This document shows, piece by piece, positions 13,566 through 28,025 of a stretch of 64,000 nt of DNA. Within the stretch, counting starts at the first letter, position 1. Every line of letters begins with the position of its first letter. Both the position numbers and the translations under genes were made by a program. The notes under the pieces were generated by a model, which saw only the letters and a list, made by a program, of their open reading frames with translations, ran no database searches and had not been told where the DNA came from. The DNA comes from Octopus sinensis (lineage: Eukaryota), in assembly GCF_006345805.1 (NCBI RefSeq), contig NC_043007.1, positions 29,698,001 through 29,762,000 of the forward strand, read 5' to 3'.

Positions 13566-14073
13566 TATATGCGGGTTTGTGTGAGTGTATGTATATATAT
13601 ACGCATGTGTGTGTGTATAGACACACACATACACAGACACAGCATGACCATAGTTTGATGACTGAAATAAATGAGCAAGTGAAAATTTAAGATTGCGTGG
13701 GTTGTGTGTGTATGTGTGCGTGTGTGAGTGAGTGTGAGTGTGTTTGTGTGTCTGTGTGTGTATAAATATATGCAACCCACGCAATTACATACTCTATACG
13801 GAAGATCAAAATGTATATACATATATGTATGTGTATATTTGTGTATATATATATATATTTATATATATATATATATACCGGAGTAAGCACATAAATGTGA
13901 AACAAGGTGGAAAAAAGATTACCCAAATACCAGAGGTAGAGTAATATGCTTTATTTAAAAAATGGATCTACAAATTCAATATCCCTAAATATATCACATC
14001 CATTTTTTCCTCCCCCTCACTCTCTATTTTGTATCCTATCTAAACTAACTATCACTTAACCATCCTCTCATAC

Positions 14074-14127
14074 TGTCTCCGATGAAGGAATATAATTAAT
14101 AAATATCCTGGAAACAGCTGTAAGACA
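14074..14127 (+). ncRNA. Hammerhead-like motif with CCGAUGA core (family C, repeat 14040-14195)
   Basis: tgtct-CCGATGA-a-ggaatat..atatcc-tg-GAAA-cagctg-TA-agaca; second copy at 25637-25688. Confidence 0.65.
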
Positions 14128-14254
14128 TTCTATCTATAAATGCTCTAATATCTACACAGCCTTGGGTTTTTTTATCTCATTACGCAAAAAATTCTTAAAG
14201 ATATGTGTGTGTGTGTAATTATATAGTTTGTACACAAAGATAGAGTAAAATCGG

Positions 14255-15130
14255 CTAAAAGATTACAGTGACCCTGCTGCGGGGAGTGAAAGGATCAAAC
14301 GTTTCGGATAGATTCCTCATTCAGGGAAAATTTGACAGGTTTAAAATTAAGGTAAGATGGCAGAGTATTACAATCTCTTAGTTTAAAGAAATGGCTGCAA
14401 TTAATAATGAATGTAAGACCAAGAGCGTTTCGTGCGTCTACAGGAAGTTGTAGAAGACAGAGTGTGTCTGAGAAAAATGGAAGGAAGAGGAATGGAATGA
14501 GCAAGAGGGGTGGGTGAAGGTGAGAGTAAAGAGAAAGGAAAAGATGAGGAGAGAGGAAATTTGAAGGATTAAAAAAGGGCTGAACTAAGAGGAGGTGGTT
14601 TAGGAAGAGAAGGAAAAGTGTTTACTTAAACCTGTCAGTGATTATAACATGTTCCCTCTGCTTCATTGAGCATTTGGATCCATGGTGTGCACAGACACTG
14701 TTTCACTGATATTTGAATAACGGAATGGACAGTCTGTTGAAGTGAGTGGTGATAGTTTGACCTGGCATTCGGAGTAATATACTTTTTAAAGCGCTTCCGA
14801 AGCCAGTCAGCAACGCCAATGTCAAGAGCACCACAAAGTTCACAGACGATAAAATATATGAGACTGGATGATGTGCAACAGAAGTTCTGGGAAATGTGTG
14901 ACTTAAGCCTAGTGATGGCTGCGGTGTTGCTGATGCAGTGGTAGGTGTTGCATCGCCGGTGAGCACATTTAAAAGTGCCAGGTTTTGGTGGGTGGGTGTG
15001 CGTTGTGGAGCTTCTTATTAGAAGTTCGCCGAACTTTCTATCATTTTTGAAATCAAGGCGAGATAGTCTGGGAAATATTGGAGCAGTTCTAGAGGAAGTA
15101 GTAACATTCGAAAGTTACCAATGCCTTTTA
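14255..15130 (-). mobile_element. Decayed Penelope-like element 3' end: GIY-YIG endonuclease remnant plus HHR-like motif at 14295-14325
   Basis: Minus strand reads FKCAHRRCNT.., FCCTSSSLIYFIVCELCGALDIG..LRKRF.. and THFN; downstream ctgaatga-gga..tcc-GAAA-cg-TT. Confidence 0.65.
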
Positions 15131-15159
15131 TATTTCAATAGAAGGATAGACGAGTGGAA

Positions 15160-15220
<61 letters not shown>

Positions 15221-15683
15221 GGAATACGTTCTGTGCATAAAAAAGGTAGAAGCTACCCTTGAACAGCTGCCGCATTCTTTCACACGGGATTAGAAAAGCG
15301 AATACCTGTATTATATTACATTGATTTGCATTAATCTGTATTTGATATTGTTATAAATATCTATTATATTATATTACGTTATTAACTCATTTTATATTAT
15401 ACTACGTTTTATGATATTGTACTATTATAATGCGTTATGTTATGTTTATTTCGAGTTGTTTTTTCAATGACTTATTTCCTGACCAATTCTTTATGTTGAG
15501 TTTGAAACAATAAAATTGAATAACATTTGGAAACCCTCTGCAAATTTAATGTCTACGACATAAAGTTTGAAAGAATATATGTGCGTGTGTCTTTGTATAT
15601 AGCTATACACAAATACATATGTGTGTGTGTGTGTGTGTCGTTGTATGTAGATATATATATATTTAGATATACATATATATACA

Positions 15684-15770
<87 letters not shown>

Positions 15771-15777
15771 ATATATA

Positions 15778-15830
<53 letters not shown>

Positions 15831-16119
15831 GTGTGTATGTCTTTGTATGTGAATATACACAATATACATACATATATATGTGTGTGTGTGTGTATTTTTA
15901 TGTAGATATACGCAATATACATATGTGTGTGTGTGCGTGTGTATCTATGTCTGTGTCTGTAGATATACACATTATAAATATATATATGTATGTGTCTGTG
16001 TGTCTGTATGTAGATATACACAATATACATATATATGGTGTATGTACATGATATGTATGTATATGTATATTCGTATAAATATATATGTATATATATGCAT
16101 GCATGTATGTATATATACT

Positions 16120-17331
16120 TACTTTGATACTTTGATAGGTTTCGGCCATTATTGGCCCAGGCCATGTCTAACTTAATAGCACCACCTGGTGAAGTCTTTC
16201 AAGTCAGAATTTGGGCACTATGGCCCACTCAAGTAGAGAGTTATTGTTTACAGAGACATATCCGGGTGTAGGGGGTTTATCCGGGATTTCTTGAAGGAAT
16301 CTGTCCAAAGACTTCTTGAACCCTATAGGGTCAGTTTCTGTTTTAATGTGTTTTGGTGTAATGTTAAAGAGAGCGGGGCCAATTGAGGTGAAATAATTGT
16401 GCCGTATTGTTGTTATGAGATGAGAGTGCGATTTTTGTTTTGGCGGATGGCACGGGGCCCAAGCCTTGGATGTACCTTAAGGTGATGCCAACATCATTTG
16501 GGCAATGCTGATGGAATATTTTCCACATCATGCAGATGATGTAGCGCTCACGACGACGTTGGAGAGAATAGAGTTTTAGCTTTTCTAGTCGACCCCAATA
16601 GTCGAGGCCTGTCATGCCATCTATCTTTTTTGTGATTGCCCTTTGAGGTGCTTCAACTTTTATGATACCTTGTATTGTGTGGGGAGACCACAGTGGACAA
16701 CAGTATTCAAGGTGGGGTCGGGCAAAAGTGGAGAAGAGAAGGATAATGGTGTGGATATCTCTCGACTGGAAAGTTCTGAGAATCCAGGAACACATTCTAC
16801 GGGCCATGTCAACTTTGGTGTTTATATGAGTGGCCCAGCTTACGTTGTTGTCCACAATTACTCCCAAGTCTCTGATGTTGTTGGACGCCGCGAGAGTTTC
16901 ACCTGAAGGAAGGGAGTATGAGAGTTTCAGGGCATCCTCTTTTCCAAAGTGGATTAGCTCAAATTTATCCTCGTTCAGCAGCATATTGTTTTTTTCTGCC
17001 CATTGGATAACAGCCAGTAGATCTGACTGAAGGCATGTTCGGTCACTCGCCTCATTTATGACCTTCTGTAGCTTGGAGTCATCTGCAAAGATTTTTATGT
17101 TGCTGTGCTTGATGATGTCATTAATGTCATTAATGTAAATGATGAAAAGAAGTGGGCCCAGCACAGTGCCTTGCGGAACGCCACTACTGACTTTGGGTGG
17201 GCTTGATTTTACCCCTTCAACTACAACATGTTGAGATCTGTCTGTCAGGAAACACTTAATCCATTTCAGTAACTTTCCAGAGACACCAATGTTGGATAGT
17301 TTTTTCAATAGGATCTTGTGATCGACCCTGT

Positions 17332-17335
<4 letters not shown>
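16120..17335 (-). mobile_element. CR1-like LINE, 5'-truncated; RT region largely open (ORF 16364-17389, whose N-terminus is microsatellite-derived)
   Basis: DRVDHKILLKKL, SGVPQGTVLGPLLFIIYIND, FADDSKL, RDLGV, RPHLEYCCPLWSP and LYSLQRRRER motifs. Confidence 0.92.
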
Positions 17336-17362
<27 letters not shown>

Positions 17363-17484
17363 TTTATATATCAGTAGCCATACATACAAATTTGTGTCCT
17401 CTCAAGAGAGGAGTATTTGTCTAAGTTCTATATGTGCCTATCAGTTACTCACTTTTATTTATCATTCAGATATATATCTATCTA

Positions 17485-17564
<80 letters not shown>

Positions 17565-17667
17565 ATATATATATATCTTGTTATGTACAGAGAGAAATTA
17601 GGAGATAGATAAATACATAGATAAAAAGAGAGGGAGAATGAGAGAGAGAATCTGGTACAAGAAAGTC

Positions 17668-17734
<67 letters not shown>

Positions 17735-17811
17735 TATGAGTTACAATGCTCACACACAGTAGCAGCAGCAGGAGCAGTGGAAGAAGAAGGCGAAGAAGAA
17801 GAAGAAGAAGA

Positions 17812-17856
<45 letters not shown>

Positions 17857-18559
17857 TGAAATGGAAGCAGCTGGAGGTGTTGAGGAGAAAAACCACCATT
17901 TCTAAAATGGCGGAACAATGGAAAATAATTAATTGAGAGAAAAAAAAGTTGAGTGTTTTCCTTTCGCATGTTTTTCTTAAATTACTTTCTCCTTTTGTGT
18001 ATTTTTTCTTTGTGTGTTTCTTGTTTTCCGTTCTGGAATTTAGTTTCGTTCATTAGGTTCTTTAAATGCTGGATACAATGGAGGAAATGGTGAGAAATGC
18101 CATCTATTAAAACGGTTTGTCTTTCTCAGACAGTAAAATATCTCGCCGGTACCAGTCGGCATCTATCTCTGGCATTCGTCTTCATCCGAGAGACATAAAG
18201 AATATATAAACATGGTTGTCTACATACATTTGTTGGTGTTATTATTATTGTTGTTGTTATTGTTGTTGCTCGCTGATTCGGTGTACATGACAACACATTG
18301 TGCTTGTAGAACAACGTTATTGAATGTCCTTCCTTGTTGTTGCTGTTGTTGTTGCTGTTGTTGTTTTAGATCAGGCTTAAGTCAGCCCTGATCCATCAGA
18401 ACTATGGTCAAAGGTAGTCCTGGTATGAATGGCCATCCGATTGTTGTTTTATTTTTGTTTTACCTGACGAATGATGCGATGGTTTCAGAGTGATCTACCT
18501 TCATCCGCTAAAATTTGAAAATTTATTCCCTGTATAGATTGTGCTACAGACTTGCTGGT

Positions 18560-18910
18560 CCCCACACTGTGGTCATGTGGGGACCAGCGTGTCTGAGAAT
18601 GGACCCAACGTTTCCCGTGTGTGTCGAAAAATAGGACGACTAAAAGACGTCGAGTTCGGATTTGCACTCCAGCTGCGTAAAGCAACGACTGCCCAAAACA
18701 GACCCATGGATTGGAAGGTTGTCGCCTGAGTGGCGCAGAGGTGTCATCCGCCAGGAGTGGGGAATCGCCAACAAATGGTGCATCCAGAGACGTTCTGTTA
18801 CAGCACTTCTACGACATAAACAAAAGGGTCGGAATCTATAACCCTCAGGTTTGGAATTCCAACACTCTTCGACACTTGATACCCAGAAATTCACCCCACC
18901 CTTCAAACAT
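18560..18910 (+). mobile_element. RTE-like LINE C-terminal remnant
   Basis: Degenerate NVSRVCRKIGRLK and NRPMDW-like stretch followed by a possible GR..RW motif; stops present. Confidence 0.35.
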
Positions 18911-19623
18911 TCTTTCGCAAAAGTGAATAAAATGTATCCTCCTCAGAATCAACACAAATCATTGCTTCCCCGCCATTAAAAAATTCCTGGCCTTGTGCCA
19001 AAATTTGAAACCGATATTTTATTCAGGATCTACTTTTGCCTAAATGCAAAGTCCACTCCATGAAATAAGACACAGTCCCTCTATTTCTTTCATATTTTTC
19101 CTTCTTTTTCTTATCTTTATTCTATTTACTTATTTTTGACTTGTCTCAACTTCTATTCAATGCTTTGTATATCTGGTGTGTAAAGTGTGCGTGTTTGTAA
19201 CGTTCCCGCAAACACCCAGTTAAAGACCAAGAATAAATTTAAAAAAAACTATTTGAAAATTGCTTTTAAGCAAGCGACTCGATCCCAAATCAGAAACCTG
19301 AAAACAAAATATAAATAAAAACTCTGAAAAGAAAAAAAAACAGTCGGGATACGTTTTGTAAAGATTTCATCATTAAAGTGGGAAATAATTATCAGAAAAA
19401 TCATTCTTAATTCTTTTTTTTCTTCCAAATATACTCTGCTACACCAGGGATTTTTCCAATTTTATTTCTGATACACACACACTCGTGTGTGTATATATAT
19501 ATATATTATATATATACTATATATATATATATATAATATATTATATATATATACATACAAACATGCATACATACATACATACATACATACATACATACAT
19601 CATACATACATACATACATACAC

Positions 19624-19654
<31 letters not shown>

Positions 19655-20040
19655 CATATATATACATATATATACAAATATATACATATATACATATATA
19701 TATATATACATACATATATACATATATACATATATATATATATACATATATACATATATATATACAAATATATACATATATATATATATACATACATATA
19801 TATACAAATATATACATATATATATACATACATATATATATACATGTATATATATATATATATACATTATATATATGCGTGTGTGTGTGTATACACACAC
19901 GCATACACACTCTATTTGTATATCTATGTTTTAACTCAATTTTTCAATTTATCAAAATGTCTATATATCTCTAACAACTTGCTTATTTTTGTCCTCTCTG
20001 TCTCTGTTTGTCTGTCTGTCTGTATATCTATCTTTTTATG

Positions 20041-20072
<32 letters not shown>

Positions 20073-20094
20073 TGTATGTATGTATGTATGTATG

Positions 20095-20142
<48 letters not shown>

Positions 20143-20149
20143 AACTATA

Positions 20150-20403
20150 ACCACACGCTGTCCTCGGGCAAATAAACGAAACAGCTTGCTTATAGTTCAT
20201 TGTGATATCTTTAGGTAGTTTAGAGATATTTGGCGTCTTCTAACGTGTTGGCAGATTGTATATGTTCTCGCTTGCCCCGAATATATATTTATGAATTTAT
20301 TAATAACCTTCACCGATTGAGTGCATGCTAACAACCTGATAAAGTCAGTGCTATTAAGCTAGACATGACCTGGGCCAATACTTACCTACCAAAGTATCAA
20401 AGT
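20150..20403 (+). mobile_element. 3' end of CR1-like family related to 16120-16360
   Basis: agacatgacctgggccaata..caaagtatcaaagt is the reverse complement of 16120-16170. Confidence 0.55.
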
Positions 20404-20432
20404 GTGTGTATATATATATACAGTGTTTCAAC

Positions 20433-20485
<53 letters not shown>

Positions 20486-20520
20486 GTATATACACAGTTG
20501 AAACACTCCTGTCACAACCT

Positions 20521-20564
20521 GGGACCTTGAAGACTGCTTAAATGCAAGAAAGTATACTAGTCCC
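20521..20564 (+). ncRNA. Compact hammerhead-like motif
   Basis: gggac-CTTGAAGA-ctgc-ttaaat-gcaa-GAAA-gtatac-TA-gtccc: 5-bp stem I, palindromic stem III, one extra U in the core. Confidence 0.6.
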
Positions 20565-20773
20565 TTAATAGTTGATATTCAACATTTCATCTATTCAATA
20601 AGACAATCAACACTTCCTTTCATTTTACTCTATATATATATTATTTATACTATATATTCTATATTCTACATTAATATTATAAAGAATATAAATAAAACAT
20701 AAAAAACAGACAGAATTGGAATTCCTTTGAATAATTTATATCCCTCTATACACAATCATACAAACCCCTTTTT

Positions 20774-20812
<39 letters not shown>

Positions 20813-21019
20813 TAAGTAGTTGAAAATAAAGGAATTTTGTTAAATCGTCGTTCGACTCCATTCCTTCATTTATATATATATATATATAATATCTGTATTT
20901 TATAATCTTCGGACGTAAGCAGGCAGCTGAATAGCCTTAGCATAAAAGTTCTCTTTTATCTAAATAAATATTATTTAATAATGGCTAATGGACACTGAAG
21001 AGTCTGAGTAATATTCTAT

Positions 21020-21460
21020 TTAGGCATGCGTAGGATCTTTCGCCAATCCTTCCAATCCATTCCACTACAAGGTCTTCCGTTTCAATTTCATAATACCGCT
21101 GTTCGATATTTCAAAGTGATTTCCATACATAGGAAGCACGTTACGCCTACTTTGAGTGTCATATTAGACCAATATGGCGGCCAGTTCAACAGGATTGGCT
21201 TTGACATCGAGGCTTTCCGTTTAATGTCAAAGTTCAATAATAGTGTACGTGATGTTGTGTAGTGTTTGCCTTTGTGTACACTCCATACTCAAACCGACAC
21301 TGAAACCTTCTTCTCTGTCAATTTCCGTGTAATCTTGTCTTTGTGGCTAAATGCGTGATACGAAATATCGACTTAAGTTTTGTAAAACCCCAAATCTTCT
21401 TAATTCAGTGATGTTGAATGTTTAATGTGAGTCACAGCGGTAATCTTATTTGGTTTAAAT
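21020..21460 (-). mobile_element. Possible highly decayed Penelope-like endonuclease remnant between TA tracts
   Basis: Fragmentary SIF..TKDKI and QTLHNIT motifs; many stops. Confidence 0.25.
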
Positions 21461-21476
21461 ATTGTACGGAACCCAC

Positions 21477-21600
<124 letters not shown>

Positions 21601-21615
21601 TATATATATATATAT

Positions 21616-21649
<34 letters not shown>

Positions 21650-22224
21650 AATATATATATATATATTCCTTGTGGTTTAATGAAAGGACATCAATGTTTA
21701 ATATTCCCAGGAACCGAATTAATATCATGTCAAGGATTTTGTTTTTATGTGCCAAACATAAGAATACATTTTGCAACACGTTTAAAAAGACTTCTAACAT
21801 TTGAATGCTGAGGAGAACCATACGATTGTACGAAAATAATCTTCCTTTTTTTTCTTTGATGGTGGCCATTTCACACCATCTCTTGAATCACGAGAATTTT
21901 CAGTGGAATTTGTTCATGCATTCAAAGCCGACTTCCGTCTTCTCAGACCAAAGCACTCTGCACTTCGCTCAGTGTCAACATTTAAAACCAATTCTTTTTC
22001 CTCATCTCGAACATCTGTTGTCTCCGATCTAACCAACCCTCTCTCTTTCTCTCTCTCTCTCACACACACGCACATACATACACACACACACGCACACACC
22101 AATTACCTTTTGAATCGCATCGTCCCAGCCTGTGCTGATGGAGTTCCCTCTCTCGCTTTCTCTCTCTTTTGCTCTCCCCTCTCTCACTCTCTCTTACCCT
22201 CTCTTTCACTCTCACTCTCACTCT

Positions 22225-22343
<119 letters not shown>

Positions 22344-22522
22344 TATTTGTCTTGATTCCTTCCGTCGTGGCAGAAAGAACCGAGATGACTCTGGCACCGA
22401 ATTACATCGACCTATTTCGGTGGTCTCCCCCTTGGTTAAATATAAGTTGCAGGGAGAGAGGAGGTTTACTTGCATGAGCAATTGATAGTGTTCCACAAGA
22501 TATCTTACTAACACCTGAACAT

Positions 22523-22589
22523 TGACTGATTGATAATTCTGATTGATGACTGATTGATAATTCTGATTGATGACTGATTGATAATTCTG
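22523..22589. repeat. 24-bp tandem repeat, ~2.8 copies (tgactgattgataattctgattga)
   Basis: Direct reading. Confidence 0.9.
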
Positions 22590-23754
22590 TGGCATGAAAT
22601 TCTGATTCTTTCCGGTCTCTGAAGGTTTCTACGACACAGATCTTCCCTGCCATTGACTTGACTCGGCTTCACAAAGGAACTTTTGTAAGCGTTGCGCTGC
22701 TCCTTCTATTCACCAATGATTGAGTAAGGACTTCGCCAATCCAACCCGGCCAGTCACCCTTGATAAAGCCAGTCTAAATCGTTTACTTACTCCATTGTAT
22801 TTTCTTCTGGCTTTATTCAATTGGTTTTACAGTTTTTATTGTTCTTAATAATGTTGCTGTTGCTTAATCTCAGATCATCACAAATCTAGCAGACTTATCA
22901 TCAAAGACACTCAAGCCATGGCGATCCCGTCGGTTATATCGACAAAGTACATCTAGGGCCACAAAGTGTTCTTTAGTTTTTTAAGATAGCAAGATGTGAT
23001 TTGTCAGAGAGTTACTGCTATTTCATGCGGATGGTGCAATCACCTACAGGCGCTTCTATCATGGCTCATCTATCATGTCGAAGGTCATGGTGTTGTTGTT
23101 GTTGCTGCTGCTGCTGCTGTTCTAGGCTGATTTCTTCTTCTTCTTCTTCTTCTTCTTCTTCTTCTTCTTCTTCTTCTTCTTCTTCTTCTTCTTCTTCTTC
23201 TTCTTCTTCTCCTTCTTCGTCTTCTCATCATCATCATCATCCTAATTATCATCGTCGCCGTCGTTCTTCTTGTTGCTGTTGTCCAATTGCTGTAGCATGA
23301 GCCAATAAGGCAGGTGGCCAGTCAGCTTCAATGAAATGGAAAAGAATCATCAAATACCAAATTCTAAGAAATATTGAAGACGACATGAAACAAGCAGTTT
23401 TCATATTGAATGGAAGAGGGGGGGGGATAAAAAAAGAAAGAAAGAGATGGATTAAGCAACAAGCAGGGGAGGAATAGCAACAACAGAAGTAACAAAAACA
23501 GTTTCAACACAAACAAAATCAACAACAACAACCACAACAACAGCAGCAGCAATAACAAGATTAATATCGAGAGTAAAGACGAGTAAGAATTATATAAGTC
23601 CGAAAAAAAATAAAGAAAAAACACTGAATTACTGGAAGAGATTTTATTTTAAGTTTTGTTATTGTTTTTTATAAGTTTCTTAACTTTTCAATGTGATGGA
23701 AAGATTTAATTAGGTGAATATAGGCTTTTGTACGAGAGAAGACTGGGTGAGGGA

Positions 23755-23755
<1 letters not shown>

Positions 23756-23824
<69 letters not shown>

Positions 23825-23825
23825 G

Positions 23826-23868
<43 letters not shown>

Positions 23869-23907
23869 GGATAGATAGATAGATATAGATAGATAGATAG
23901 ATAGATG

Positions 23908-23985
<78 letters not shown>
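23756..23985. repeat. (GATA)n microsatellite
   Basis: Direct reading. Confidence 0.95.
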
Positions 23986-23987
<2 letters not shown>

Positions 23988-24101
23988 CGTACGTAAGCAG
24001 GTGGGTTGATAGACAAGCAGACAAACACAGACAGACAGATTGATAGGTAGATTTCAGTTCCAAGGTATTTCACTTTATTATTTACACCTCGAGTTTCAGT
24101 A

Positions 24102-24369
24102 TGTTCTTATTTGTTTCTTATTTGTTTCTTATTTGTTTCTTATTTGTTTCTTATTTGTTTCTTATTTGTTTCTTATTTGTTTCTTATTTGTTTCTTAATT
24201 GTTTCTTATTTGTTTCTTATTTGTTTCTTAATTGTTTCTTATTTGTTTCTTATTTGTTTCTTATTTGTTTCTTATTTGTTTCTTATTTGTTTCTTATTTG
24301 TTTCTTATTTGTTTCTTATTTGTTTCTTATTTGTTTCTTATTTGTTTCTTATTTGTTTCTTATTTGTTT
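24102..24369. repeat. 11-bp minisatellite (TTATTTGTTTC)n, ~24 copies
   Basis: Direct reading; nearly homogeneous. Confidence 0.95.
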
Positions 24370-24463
24370 CCGGCTGAAGAAGATTCTGTTGTATTTTCTA
24401 ACTCGTACAACTATTTTGTAGAAGCACAATTGTAGCCCAAGGCTTTATATATACATATAAGGT

Positions 24464-24783
24464 TTAAGGAATGGAGTAGATAAGATCCGGGCTACGTATG
24501 TTTCATAGCGAGCGGAATCTTGGAAGCGGTAAATATCCAAGCCAGGTGTATACCGCAGGTTACTCTTCAGGTAAAGGATATCTTGATTAGATGAAAGTTT
24601 ACATTGTCGCCAGGAGGTACATTCTGATTGAATCTTGCGACAATGTAACCGTTAATCTAATCAAGACATCCTTTACCTGAATAATAACCTTCGGTACACA
24701 CCTGGCTTGGATATTTACCGCTTCCAAGATTTCGCTCGCTATGAAACATACGTAGCCCGGATCTTGTCAACGCCATTCCTTAA
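24464..24783. mobile_element. Fold-back element, arms 24464-24610 / 24637-24783, each with an HHR-like core
   Basis: Arms are diverged reverse complements; CTGAAGA (left arm, minus) or CTGAATA (right arm, plus) ... GAAA-catacg-TA. Confidence 0.8.
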
Positions 24784-25199
24784 CTCTTTTATTCATATTC
24801 GCACACCTACCAACCTTGGTTGCCTACGTGAATTATAAAAAGAACTTTTTTTTTCAATTTATTGTACTTGGATACGAAAAAATTCGCAAACTTCCTTCTC
24901 AATAAACCACTCTTGTCCCTGAAAGTTGTTCTTTTTTAACATTTATTACAGATTAGAAAATTACTATTTGTAAATATCACAACGTGAGATATTCAGCAAC
25001 AGTACTTTGGAGTAAAACTTATTTCCCTTCTTCGAAAATCGTGTCGTATCGCCAGCTGGAGACGATGTCTTCTGGGACTAGATTACAGCAACATTCGTCC
25101 TAAACCAGGACTGGCATGTTATGTTGGCAAATAATCTTTACTCCTTACTACGGATTGTTTGAAGCTAACTTTCTTCCTACACCTCGATCCTTGGACCTT

Positions 25200-25230
<31 letters not shown>

Positions 25231-25636
25231 GTGTATGTGTGTGTGTGTACATACATACATACTATTTGTTCCTTTTCTTTTCATCCTCTTTTTACCATAT
25301 TATAAGATACTTTTACTAAACGCAGTTATATCCTCTCTCTTTTTTTCCTATCTTTTCAATCTCTATTTTTTTTTTCTCTCTCTCTTTCTTTTTCCTCTAT
25401 TCTGCCACTTCTCTTTCTTCAAACCACCACCTCTTATTCTTATTCTTATTCTTATTCTTATTCTTATTCTCATTCTTATTCTTATTCTCATTCTTTCTAA
25501 CGTGTAGCAATGGAATTGCAGCTTCACTACATATGCTCGAAGATGTATAATGTGTGTGTATATATATATATACACCACCTCACTCTCTATTTGTATCACA
25601 TCGAAACTAACTATGACTTAACTTTCCTCTCACACT

Positions 25637-25688
25637 GTCTCCGATGAAGGGATATTATTGATTAATATTCTAGAAACAGCTGTAAGAC
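25637..25688 (+). ncRNA. Hammerhead-like motif with CCGAUGA core (family C, repeat 25600-25755)
   Basis: gtct-CCGATGA-ag-ggatatt..aatattc-ta-GAAA-cagctg-TA-agac; TA flanks. Confidence 0.6.
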
Positions 25689-25813
25689 CTCCTATCTATA
25701 AATGCTCTAATATCTATACAGCCTTGGTTTTTTATATCATTACGCAAAAATTCATATATATATATGTGTGTGTGTGTAGTTACTTATATATATACATTAG
25801 AATATATATATAT

Positions 25814-25881
<68 letters not shown>

Positions 25882-27899
25882 TATTTATATTTTGCCTGTG
25901 CATGTTTGTAGAGATGTACGCACGCATATATTAGCGTTTGTATATTTAGTGTGCGTATATACGTTTATGATTTTTAGTGTATATATGTATAAGAACCGTG
26001 TGTTTATTTTTAGGTCGTTTCACTTTCTAAGTGAATATCATTATAATTCAAAACTACATTTATTTTTCGTTAAACTTATTTTATCACCAATTAATTTATT
26101 CTGGGTACGTTTTTTTCTTTCTAAATACAATCTTTTTTGAAATTTTGATTTTCGATTTAAGGATTTCTTCGATCTCACATAATACGATTTTAAATCTCTC
26201 ATCTTTGATTAGAAAAAAATCGTTAGTCGAAAGGACCAATGAAAAGAAACCAATTTCAAATAGGTATCTGTCGATGTAGATTGTATATTTTATGCATACA
26301 AACTTTATTTTGTTCCATTCTCAATCGAAACTGTCCGACGAACGGCAACGTGAAAGTCTGAGTAGCAATTTTTGTGATATTTTTGTGATGTTTTGTAGCT
26401 TTAATAATAATAATACATACATACATAATACATAAATAGATACATACATACATAGATACATACACACATACATGCATGCATACATACATACATACATACA
26501 TACATACATACATACACACATACATACGTACATAAATACATGCGTACATATATACACACATACATACACACATACATACATACATACATACATACATACA
26601 TACATAAACACATACACGCATGCATACATACATACATACATACATACATACATACATACATACATACATACTACATACATACAAAGCTACGTTTTTCTTT
26701 TCGCCTAAATGTATTCTTATTATCCATTCACATTTATGTCTTTCTTTTCGATTAAATGTGTCTTTTTATGTAATTAGACGAACCTCGTTTGCTTGTCGTT
26801 GCTTTACTTACCTAACAGCTCAAGTTCTAATCCCTTGAGCACTTCAAAGTGTTTCTATAAATAGAGAGAACATCTGTCTCTACAATACAAACTATACACA
26901 TGCATACTTACATAAATGTATACATACATACACACAATTCAAAATGTACGCCGAAAGGTATTACTCGGTAGATTGGTTCCACATTCGACTCTTGTCTCAA
27001 GATATGCTAGAACTGATGACTGGAACCAGCAGCATCAATTCAACGGAAATGAGTTTTATACCCACGTAATTGATGTTTGCGGGTTTTATGGAACATCTGT
27101 ACATTAAATAAATATATAAATATATATATATATATACATATACGACAAGAAATAATTTTTGTCTCTTTTTATGGAAGAAGAAAGGTTTATAGGACTACAA
27201 AAAAGAATTGCTCAAATGTAATTGAGAGATAAAGAAACATTGATCATAGAACAAACATCAAATTCGAGTCAACGACTTTAACACCATACCACCCAAACAT
27301 TTGATCGTATATAAAAATTACCATGGTTCTTAAACACATAACAAATATACATATACAAAAAATACAGAAGGTAAAAATATATATGCGAATTAAAATACAG
27401 ATATATAGGACGGCCCATCAAAAAGGTAAATACAAACAACTACAAATTCTAAAGTGTGTCAAGCTACTAAAAATGTAAATAAATTTTTTTTAAATATCAA
27501 TCGGCTTATAAAATTTTCTTACTTCCCTCAAACAAAAGAGTGCGTCAAAAACGTTCAATTCATAAAACCCCTGGTAGGTTAGATTCTAGGAGCAAAAAGA
27601 GTTCCACAAAATCAAGTCGAACACACCTATGGCCATTTCGGGAGTTCATTGCCGTGATTCGATTACAGTTAAAGTGCATCTCTATTGTAGAAATTGCCCG
27701 GCAACGACGGGCTATTCAGCTAGTATATAGATATAAGAGCAAATTTCCGTCACAAGGAAGTGGTCAATGCAATGCCTGTGGGAAATGGCACTTGTCGTTG
27801 AAGTATGTGCGAGACAGGATCGAACTCAGAACCAGGTGGTTTCCAAGTGAACTCCTTACACTCTTTCATACCTGTGTCAATGTTTGTCTGCTGTTTAGA

Positions 27900-28025
27900 T
27901 TATCGGAGCTTGAAGGAACAAAAGTCAAAGTTGACCTCGGTGGAATTTGAACTTAGGACATAAAGACGGACGAAATACTGCCAAGGATTTTGTCCGGCAT
28001 CCTAACGAAATTGACAACTCCTTCC
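27900..28025 (-). mobile_element. SINE family 1, degenerate partial copy
   Basis: aaagttgacctcggtggaatttgaac..aagacggacgaaata homology. Confidence 0.65.

Noticed and set aside
20990-21032. CTGAAGA followed by a hairpin
   Set aside because: The GAAA half of the core is absent
24102-24369. Regular repeat array as a CRISPR candidate
   Set aside because: Head-to-tail 11-mers with no spacers, in eukaryotic context
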